This document shows positions 57,307 through 64,000 of a stretch of DNA of 64,000 bases, piece by piece. The notes below the pieces were generated by a model. The model was not told the DNA's origin, did no database searches, and saw only the letters and a program-made list of their open reading frames with translations. Each line of letters opens with the position of its first letter. Position 1 is the first letter of the stretch. The stretch covers positions 16,135 to 80,134 of the forward strand of contig DCHC01000016.1 in assembly GCA_002314755.1 (NCBI GenBank), in the 5' to 3' direction. Source of the stretch: Faecalibacterium sp. UBA1762 (lineage in GTDB: Bacteria > Bacillota > Clostridia > Oscillospirales > Ruminococcaceae). The position numbers and the translations under genes are program-made.

Positions 57307-57792
57307 TCACCGTTCCTCAATCCTTTTTAAAAACACATCGCTGTTTTCTTCATAGCTGTAGCCCGCCGCAAGCAGGGTCCTGCGGGAGGGGATATTTTCC
57401 TTTTCCGGCTGAACAATAATCTGCCTTGCGCCGGGCTCACGTAGGATTTCCTTTTCCAGCGCGGCAATCATCTGCCCTGCCAGCTGCCTGCCCAAATATG
57501 CCGGTTCGCCGATCAGATAATCCACGCTGAATGTACCGGCAGCATCCCTGTTTCCGTACCATTTCTCTCCGCCCAAGGCGTAGTCATAATACTGACAAAA
57601 GCCCATATCCACCCCGTCATGCTGTACGATATAATGGCGGATAAAAGCGTAAAGATCTTCTCTGCGGGTTACCTCCTCCAGCCACGCCGCAGGGTCTTTG
57701 AACCACCTTTTCACATAATCCTGCTGCAGCCAGCGGGCAAACAGAGGCAGATCCTTATCGGTAAATTCTCTCAGTGTGGTCATCTCATTCAC
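57307..57792 (-). CDS. GNAT acetyltransferase, aminoglycoside 6'-N-acetyltransferase-like
   Basis: 161 aa. The pattern FARWLQQDYVKRWF...FSVDYLIGEPAYLGRQLAGQMI...PEKENIPSRRTLLAAGY resembles the AAC(6')-I type. Confidence 0.7.
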   Translation of the reverse strand: MNEMTTLREFTDKDLPLFARWLQQDYVKRWFKDPAAWLEEVTRREDLYAFIRHYIVQHDGVDMGFCQYYDYALGGEKWYGNRDAAGTFSVDYLIGEPAYLGRQLAGQMIAALEKEILREPGARQIIVQPEKENIPSRRTLLAAGYSYEENSDVFLKRIEER

Positions 57793-58143
57793 CCGTTACC
57801 ATGCCTGTCCATCCTGGGGCAGACATTCCCTTTTCGGCATTCCAGACAAACTACCCAAACTTGTTTTTATCCCTTGCAATCACCGCGTGGTCCTCTGTCC
57901 CTCCGGCTTTTCTTTTCACACCAACACACCGTCTTCTTTTTTCAGCAGTATATTTCAAAATCGCAGACCTCGTTTTTGTTTTTGGTTTTTCCGTCATTGT
58001 ATCCCGTTGCCCTTGCAAAAAACCGGGAAACCGGCTATAGTTATCTTGCAGGCACCCATTTCCAGCGGTAAAAGAGCCTTGCGATTTTTTCAATTATACC
58101 CATATTTTTGCAAAATTGCAATCCGAAAAAAGGATGTGATAAG

Positions 58144-59118
58144 ATGAAAAAAACATTCCGTTACGGTGCCTACCCCACTATGATCACCCCATACAACCGG
58201 GACAACACCCTGGATATCGGCGCCGTCCGCGCCCTGGTGGACTGGTACTGGGAAAAAGGATGCGACGGCATTTTCGCGGTCTGTCAATCCAGCGAAATTC
58301 ATTACCTGACCCTTGCTGAACGCGTACTGCTTGCGGAAACCGTCCGCCTGCAGGCAGATCGGCTGGCTGCTGCAGAGCCCGGCCGCGCCCCTTTGACCGT
58401 TGTCGCCTCCGGCCATATCAGCGACCGGTTTGCCGACCAGGTTACCGAGCTGAACGCTATTGCCGATACCGGTATAGATGCCCTGGTTCTCATCTCCAAC
58501 CGGATGGATATTGAAAACACCGGCGATGCCAGCTGGATAGCTGACTGCGACAAACTGCTGGCTGCTCTGCCCCCAATGCTGCCCTTGGGCGTTTACGAAT
58601 GTCCCAAGCCCTATAAACGCCTTTTAACCGAGGAGATGCTGCAGTATCTTGTCGGTACCGGCCGGTTTGCTTTTATCAAAGATACCTGTTGCAGCGCACC
58701 GCAAATTGCCCAGCGCATTTTGGCCATTGACAGCACCCCAACCCCGGCTGACGGCTACAAACCGGCGTTGTTTAACGCCAATGCCCAAACCCTGCTGCCC
58801 AGCCTGCGCAGCGGCGCTATGGGGTATTGCGGCATTATGGCAAACTTTCACCCGGACCTTTACGCCTGGCTATGTAAAAACGATACTGCTCAGCCCCAAA
58901 AATCCGAATTGATCGCCACCTTTCTGGGCACCGCCGCCTTTATCGAGTGCGGTCTTGCCTATCCTTGTGTGGCTAAATATCATCTGAACCGATCCGGAGT
59001 AAAAATGACGTCTCTTTCCCGCAGCTGCGATGAGTCAAAGATGACCGACTATGATTTTCTGTGCATTGACAACATGGAAAAGCTTGCCGCACATTTTCGT
59101 CAGCTGATTGCGGAATAA
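58144..59118 (+). CDS. DapA/NanA-family (class I aldolase) lyase
   Basis: ATG at 58144 follows AAAAAGGATG. TIM-barrel pattern with a candidate Schiff-base lysine in FAFIKDT. Has QSSE where the canonical motif is GTTGE. Confidence 0.7.
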   Translation: MKKTFRYGAYPTMITPYNRDNTLDIGAVRALVDWYWEKGCDGIFAVCQSSEIHYLTLAERVLLAETVRLQADRLAAAEPGRAPLTVVASGHISDRFADQVTELNAIADTGIDALVLISNRMDIENTGDASWIADCDKLLAALPPMLPLGVYECPKPYKRLLTEEMLQYLVGTGRFAFIKDTCCSAPQIAQRILAIDSTPTPADGYKPALFNANAQTLLPSLRSGAMGYCGIMANFHPDLYAWLCKNDTAQPQKSELIATFLGTAAFIECGLAYPCVAKYHLNRSGVKMTSLSRSCDESKMTDYDFLCIDNMEKLAAHFRQLIAE

Positions 59119-59159
59119 CGCAGTCTGAACCCTACGGTGTTTTGTAAAAGGAGTCTGCT

Positions 59160-60266
59160 ATGATCAACAACCTTTCTGAAAAGCCCTACCAAAAGTTGTC
59201 CCAGGTACAGGTGCAGCGTCTCTTTACCCCGGACCCACAACACAACTACAGCCACCATGCTTTTCTGACCGTTTTTAACGGAAAACTATATGCCATCTGG
59301 TCCGGCGGCTTTCACAATGAGGATGACTGCGGCCAGCGGGTGATGTTTGCATACACAGCGGATTCTGTCCACTGGAGCGAACCCCGTGTGCTGGTAAGTC
59401 CCGCAGAACTGGGCAATGAGCATGCCGTACTGACCGCTGCCGGTTTTTATCAGGAGAACGGCACCCTGTGCATCTATTTTGGCTATTTTGAGTATCTGCC
59501 CGAAAGCCTGGTGGAGGGTCACCGTCCCAACGGAGATATTGCCCATTGCAACACCCGGTGTTATTATTTAACCACCTGGGATTTTGTCACCTTTACCCCG
59601 CCGCAAACGTTAAACCTGTCCATGGTTTTTAACCATGCGCCCCGGAAAATCAAAAGCGGCAGGCTGATTGCCTGCGGCGGCATCCTGTTCCCCTATAGCG
59701 ATGACCCTTCCGGCTACGGGTCCTTTACCCACACCGGTATCTACGGTGAAGCCTTCGGGGAGGGGCAGCCGGTGGATGACTCCGCCTCCTTACACACCGT
59801 CACCGCCTTTTACGGTTGGCCGGGGCTGATCTGCGAGGGTTCTTTTTTTCAGACCGATGACAGCGTCCTGCATATGATGCTGCGCAGCAATACCGAAAGG
59901 CTGTGGTGTACCGAAAGTCGAGATGACGGCGCAAGCTGGTGTCCGCCATTTCCCACTGATTTTTCGGATTGCGGCAGTAAGTTTCATTTTTCCCGTCTGC
60001 CGGACAGCCGCTTTTATGCCGTCAGTGACAGTGTACCCGGTTCTAACCGCTGCCCGCTGACGGTCTGCCTTTCCGAGGATGGAGAAAACTTTTCCCGGAG
60101 ATATATCCTGCGGGACCAGCCCCAGACCCCGCTGTTTCCTGGCATGTTCAAGGGCGGCCTGTACGCATATCCCCACAGCGTCGTATGGGACGGGTGGTTA
60201 TATGTCATCTATTCCGTCAACAAAGAAGGGGTAGAGGTCTGTCGGGTTCCCTTGGCCGAGCTTTGA
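59160..60266 (+). CDS. BNR/sialidase-fold (six-bladed propeller) protein
   Basis: Asp-box SRDDGASW (SxDxGxxW) and a second degenerate box SEDGENF. No FRIP motif and no signal peptide. Confidence 0.62.
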   Translation: MINNLSEKPYQKLSQVQVQRLFTPDPQHNYSHHAFLTVFNGKLYAIWSGGFHNEDDCGQRVMFAYTADSVHWSEPRVLVSPAELGNEHAVLTAAGFYQENGTLCIYFGYFEYLPESLVEGHRPNGDIAHCNTRCYYLTTWDFVTFTPPQTLNLSMVFNHAPRKIKSGRLIACGGILFPYSDDPSGYGSFTHTGIYGEAFGEGQPVDDSASLHTVTAFYGWPGLICEGSFFQTDDSVLHMMLRSNTERLWCTESRDDGASWCPPFPTDFSDCGSKFHFSRLPDSRFYAVSDSVPGSNRCPLTVCLSEDGENFSRRYILRDQPQTPLFPGMFKGGLYAYPHSVVWDGWLYVIYSVNKEGVEVCRVPLAEL

Positions 60267-60322
60267 GCGAAGCTCCGATTTTCTCCACCTGCTGAAATAG
60301 CCGCTTTTAAAAACTGCAAAAT

Positions 60323-60358
60323 AAAAAGGAACTACCCGTGAGAGTAGTTCCTTTTTTT
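60323..60358. terminator. Bidirectional rho-independent terminator
   Basis: ggaactac...gtagttcc stem flanked by aaaaa and ttttttt, between the BNR gene (+) and tRNA-Leu (-). Confidence 0.7.
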
Positions 60359-60360
60359 GC

Positions 60361-60447
60361 TGGTGCCGCTGACCGGGCTTGAACCGGTACGGTGTTTCCA
60401 CCGAGGGATTTTAAGTCCCTTGTGTCTGCCAATTCCACCACAGCGGC
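60361..60447 (-). tRNA. tRNA-Leu (anticodon UAA), type II with long variable arm
   Basis: Hand-folded: acceptor GCCGCTG/CAGCGGC, anticodon loop CTTAAAA, variable arm CGGTGGAAACACCG, T-arm ACCGG-TTCAAGC-CCGGT, encoded CCA. Confidence 0.92.
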
Positions 60448-60462
60448 ATTTTCAGCATATTT

Positions 60463-60491
60463 ATTTTACCCTTTTTGACCCGTTTTGTCAA
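60463..60491 (-). promoter_or_regulatory. Consensus sigmaA promoter for tRNA-Leu
   Basis: Minus strand: TTGACA, 17-nt spacer, TAAAAT. Confidence 0.6.
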
Positions 60492-60597
60492 GCCAAAACC
60501 GCGTTTCGTTGTCGCCTTGCTCTCATTTTTTTGCCGCCCGTAGCCTTTTCTAACCGCTTTTCCCTGTCGAAAGGCTATATTCCGGTCCCTTTTCCAC

Positions 60598-60626
60598 TTG
60601 CAATACAAAGGGTTTTAATCTAAAAT
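60598..60626 (+). promoter_or_regulatory. SigmaA-type promoter candidate for pth
   Basis: TTGCAA, 17-nt spacer, TAAAAT. Confidence 0.5.
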
Positions 60627-60674
60627 AGTATATTGGAATTTTATGCTGAAAACAAGGAAAGGATATCTTTTAAA

Positions 60675-61280
60675 ATGCTATTTGCCAAACAGGAAAACGG
60701 GGTGCAATGGCTGGTTGTCGGTCTGGGCAACCCCGGCAAAGAATATGAAAATACCCGTCACAACATCGGCTGGCAGGCGCTGGACGCCACCGCAAAGGCC
60801 TGGGGCGGAAATATCACCCGCAGCAGGTTCAATGCGCTGGTGGATACCGTAACCGTACACGGTCAAAAGGTTATGCTGATGAAGCCCCAGACCTTTATGA
60901 ATCTTTCCGGTGAGGCGGTCGGACCGGCAGCGGCTTATTATAAAATACCGCAGCAGCATGTCATTTTACTTTCGGATGATATCAACCTTGCTCCGGGCGT
61001 GCTGCGCATCCGCAAAAGCGGCAGTGCAGGCGGACACAACGGCTTAAAAAGTATCATTGCCCATCTGGGTGGGCAGGATTTTCCCCGGGTGCGCATTGGC
61101 GTAGGGGAAAAGCCCTGTCCGGAATACGATCTTGCCGCCTGGGTACTTGGCAAATTTTCGCCCGGCGACGGAAAGATCATTGAAAAAAGAATGCTGGATG
61201 TAGTGGCTGCGCTGGAGCTGATTCTTGACGGCAAACCGGACGAAGCCATCAGCAAATACAACGGCGCCGTCAAGGGGTAA
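60675..61280 (+). CDS. pth: Peptidyl-tRNA hydrolase
   Basis: WLVVGLGNPGKEYENTRHNIGW signature. I prefer the ATG at 60675. Confidence 0.92.
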   Translation: MLFAKQENGVQWLVVGLGNPGKEYENTRHNIGWQALDATAKAWGGNITRSRFNALVDTVTVHGQKVMLMKPQTFMNLSGEAVGPAAAYYKIPQQHVILLSDDINLAPGVLRIRKSGSAGGHNGLKSIIAHLGGQDFPRVRIGVGEKPCPEYDLAAWVLGKFSPGDGKIIEKRMLDVVAALELILDGKPDEAISKYNGAVKG

Positions 61281-61389
61281 TCTCTGATCTCCCCCTCTTT
61301 CTGATTGCCCGCCTGACCTTTTCTGCCGTATCAGACATTTTTGCCGGGTCGGGGTACACTATCTTTCATTTTTCTAAAGGAGTATCGGG

Positions 61390-64000
61390 ATGCTGACCCA
61401 TTGTATCAAAGCGACTCAGGAATATCATAAGCTGCTTACCGCCATACAAAACGGACAATGCCCCACCGCCCTGTTCGGGCTGCCCCCCACCGGCCGCGCC
61501 CAGATGATCAGCTGCCTTGCCGAGGATCTGGCCAGACCGTTTGTACTGGTCTGCCCCGGAGAAGCGGAGGCGACCCGTGCTGCGCAGGATCTGACCGCCT
61601 TCGGTCTGTCCGCCGGCATCTGGCCTGCAAGAGATTTGGTTTTGCGCAATATTGAGGGGCATAACCATGAGTATGAATACCGCCGGCTGCAGGTTCTGGG
61701 GGATATTGTAGGTGGCCGCATCCGTATTTTATGTGCCGGGGCTGAGGGGCTGCTGCAATATACCATGCCCCGCTTTGATTTTGTCCGCAACACCATGACC
61801 CTGCACCCCGGAGATACCGTGCCCCCTAAAGACCTGATACATAAGCTGCACGACGCAGGCTACTACCGGCGGGAGCAGGTGGACGGTCCCGGTCAGTTCA
61901 GCGTGCGGGGCGGCATTGTGGATATCTATGCCCCGGATATGGCCCAACCTGCCCGTCTGGAATATTGGGGCGATGAGATCGATAACATCCACAGCTTCGA
62001 TCTGATGAGCCAACGCCGGGATAAGGAGCTGGAGAAAATCCATCTTTCCCCGGCAAGAGAAGTGCTGTTCGGCGGTGCGGAGCAGACCCTGCAATATATT
62101 ACCAACGCCATACAGCACCGCACCGGTGCTATAAAAAATCGGCTGGAAAAGGCCGCGGAAGACGAGCTTAGCCAGCTGCGTACCGGGCTGATGCCCAGCT
62201 CTTTGGATAAGTTTTATGCACTGCGCTATCCCAAGCCCGCAACGGTGCTGGATTATTTTACCGATCCTGTATTGATGATTGATGAGCCGGGCGCGGTGAA
62301 GGAAACCCTGGAGGTCGCCTCCTGGCGTCAGGGCGAGGAGATCAAGGGCCTACTGGAGGAGGGGGTTCTCTGCCCCGTTCTGGCAAAATTCAGCGGGGAG
62401 TATTCCGATCTGGTCGCCGCGGCGCAAAACGGTACGGCTGTTTTGCAGGATAACTTTACCCGCAGTCTGAATGACTACTCTCTTAAAACACTGATCTCGG
62501 CCAATGCCCATGCGCTGCCGGTGTGGAGCGGCACCGCCGAAAGCCTGATTGAGGATATTGCGCCCCTGATGAAGCAGGGCTATTTTTGCTGTGTTCTTGC
62601 CGGAACCGAACGCTCCTCCAATGCCCTGGCCAGAGATCTGGCCGCCGCCGGACTTGCCGCGCTTGCCACCGGCAAGGATGTACTGCCCCGCGCAAGCTTT
62701 TGTGCTGTTCTGCCCGGATATGTTTTGGGCGGTGTAGAATACCCCTTTGCCAAATTTGCCTTGTTCACCGGTCGTGCTGCCGGTCTGCAATCGACAAAGC
62801 CGGTTTCCCGCAAACGCACAAACAGCGTTTCCAGTCTGGAGGATCTGAAGCCGGGCGAATTTGTTATCCACCAAAATCACGGCGTTGGCCGGTATGAAGG
62901 CATCAAACGGCTGGAAATTCAGGGCGTTTTTAAGGACTATTTAAAGGTCGTATATGATAAGGGCGATAGCCTATATGTTCCGGTAACCCAGCTGGATCTG
63001 CTGGGAAAATACGACACCGACGCCGAGCCCGGCAGTGTCAAGCTGGCAAAACTGGGCGGCAGCGAATGGCAGCGCGCCAAAAACAAGGCCCGTACCGCCA
63101 CCGAGGAGATTGCCGGTGAGCTGGTAGAACTGTACGCCAAACGCCAAAAAAGCGCAGGTGTCGCCTTTGATCCGGACACGGAATGGCAACGGGATTTTGA
63201 AGCCCGTTTTGAATACGACGAGACCGATGACCAGCTGCTCGCCATCAGTGAGATCAAGCGGGATATGGAAAAAGCCCGTCCCATGGACCGACTGCTATGC
63301 GGGGATGTGGGTGTAGGCAAGACCGAGGTCGCCCTGCGCGCCGTTTTTAAGTGCGTGATGAGCGGCAAGCAGGCTGCCATCTTAGCCCCCACCACCCTGC
63401 TTGCCTGGCAGCATTACCAGACCTTACTGCACCGGATGGACGGCTTCCCCATTCATGTCGGGCTACTGAATCGGTTCCGCTCCCCCGCACAGCAAAGGCA
63501 GACCGTTGCGGATATGGCCAATGGCGTCTGCGAGGTGGTTGTTGGCACCCATCGTCTGCTTCAAAAGGATATTCGTTTCCGGGATTTGGGCCTACTGGTC
63601 ATTGACGAGGAGCAGCGTTTCGGCGTGAAACACAAGGAAAAGCTGAAACAGAGCTTTGTGGGGGTGGATACCCTGACCCTTTCGGCCACCCCCATCCCCC
63701 GTACCCTGAACATGGCCATGAACGGTATCCGGGATCTTTCCAGTATTCAGCAGCCGCCGGTAGAGCGGCAGCCCATTGAGACCTATGTACTGGAACACGA
63801 TGACAGCATTGTTATGCAGGCCCTGCGTAAGGAGCTTGCCCGCGGCGGTCAGGCATATTATCTGCACAACCGTGTGGAGACGATTTCGACCTGTGCCAAC
63901 CGGATCGCAAATGCGCTGCCAAACGCCCGTGTAGGTATTGCCCACGGTCAGATGGATGAGACGGAGCTTTCTAAAATCTGGCAGCAGTTGCTGGACAATG
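61390..64000 (+). CDS. mfd: Transcription-repair coupling factor (3' end outside window)
   Basis: Not in the ORF track because no stop lies within the window. My translation from the ATG at 61390 (after AAAGGAG) gives MLTHCIKATQEYHKLL..., then FVIHQNHGVGRYEGIK and the helicase motif CGDVGVGKTEVALRA. Confidence 0.92.
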   Translation, partial: MLTHCIKATQEYHKLLTAIQNGQCPTALFGLPPTGRAQMISCLAEDLARPFVLVCPGEAEATRAAQDLTAFGLSAGIWPARDLVLRNIEGHNHEYEYRRLQVLGDIVGGRIRILCAGAEGLLQYTMPRFDFVRNTMTLHPGDTVPPKDLIHKLHDAGYYRREQVDGPGQFSVRGGIVDIYAPDMAQPARLEYWGDEIDNIHSFDLMSQRRDKELEKIHLSPAREVLFGGAEQTLQYITNAIQHRTGAIKNRLEKAAEDELSQLRTGLMPSSLDKFYALRYPKPATVLDYFTDPVLMIDEPGAVKETLEVASWRQGEEIKGLLEEGVLCPVLAKFSGEYSDLVAAAQNGTAVLQDNFTRSLNDYSLKTLISANAHALPVWSGTAESLIEDIAPLMKQGYFCCVLAGTERSSNALARDLAAAGLAALATGKDVLPRASFCAVLPGYVLGGVEYPFAKFALFTGRAAGLQSTKPVSRKRTNSVSSLEDLKPGEFVIHQNHGVGRYEGIKRLEIQGVFKDYLKVVYDKGDSLYVPVTQLDLLGKYDTDAEPGSVKLAKLGGSEWQRAKNKARTATEEIAGELVELYAKRQKSAGVAFDPDTEWQRDFEARFEYDETDDQLLAISEIKRDMEKARPMDRLLCGDVGVGKTEVALRAVFKCVMSGKQAAILAPTTLLAWQHYQTLLHRMDGFPIHVGLLNRFRSPAQQRQTVADMANGVCEVVVGTHRLLQKDIRFRDLGLLVIDEEQRFGVKHKEKLKQSFVGVDTLTLSATPIPRTLNMAMNGIRDLSSIQQPPVERQPIETYVLEHDDSIVMQALRKELARGGQAYYLHNRVETISTCANRIANALPNARVGIAHGQMDETELSKIWQQLLDN

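Noticed and set aside
1-64000. CRISPR arrays, rRNA genes, IS elements/transposases, integrases, prophage genes, and known defence systems (RM, CBASS, retron, Thoeris, Gabija and similar)
   Set aside because: I saw no regularly spaced direct repeats, no transposase- or integrase-like ORFs in the six-frame track, and no diagnostic domains of these systems. My visual scanning has limited sensitivity for short or degenerate repeats.

Overview
This 64-kb window looks like a chromosomal segment of a high-G+C Clostridia genome, perhaps Oscillospiraceae/Ruminococcaceae-like. That placement is an inference from the maf-mreBCD-PBP2-minD-mgsA gene order, AGGAGG-type RBSs and sigmaA-type promoters. All family calls come from motifs I recognise by eye; no searches were run.

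Layout:
(i) 1-18.3 kb: a dense block of glycoside-hydrolase-like genes without signal peptides (GH2, GH43, a GH32-like protein, a GH28-like protein and three unassigned proteins). It also holds an SDR, an MBL-fold hydrolase, a Gfo/Idh/MocA oxidoreductase, a tandem pair of beta-lactamase-fold serine hydrolases, an MFS permease, a small EamA transporter and a blasticidin-S/cytidine-deaminase-like gene.
(ii) 18.4-28.3 kb: the core shape/division cluster (mgsA, minD-like, PBP2, mreD, mreC, mreB, maf, DUF4321-like, U32 peptidase, zapA).
(iii) 28.6-33 kb: glgP plus a GH13 enzyme.
(iv) 33.1-40.9 kb: an AraC regulator, fucI, fucU, a frameshifted URO-D-like gene and a 1039-aa uncharacterised protein.
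(v) 41.0-51.6 kb: a visibly AT-richer accessory island with no integrase, abutting the 3' end of tRNA-Arg(ACG). It carries a Bce-like ABC/two-component cassette, GNAT and ICMT-like genes, decayed gene fragments, and a TetR-headed operon containing an SMI1/KNR4 immunity-type gene.
(vi) 51.8-64 kb: sbcCD, a second MFS paralogue, an AAC(6')-like GNAT, a DapA/NanA-like lyase, a BNR/sialidase-fold protein, tRNA-Leu(UAA), pth, and mfd (cut by the window end).

I saw no CRISPR array, rRNA, transposase or integrase.

Best candidates for something undescribed:
- the AraC/fucI/fucU + URO-D-like + 1039-aa locus, which lacks fucK/fucA/fucP;
- the cytoplasmic GH/redox/serine-hydrolase supercluster with its uncharacterised 648-aa, 424-aa and 316-aa proteins;
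- the tRNA-Arg island with a duplicated tRNA 3' end.

I found no compact, clearly novel defence-type system and do not claim one.
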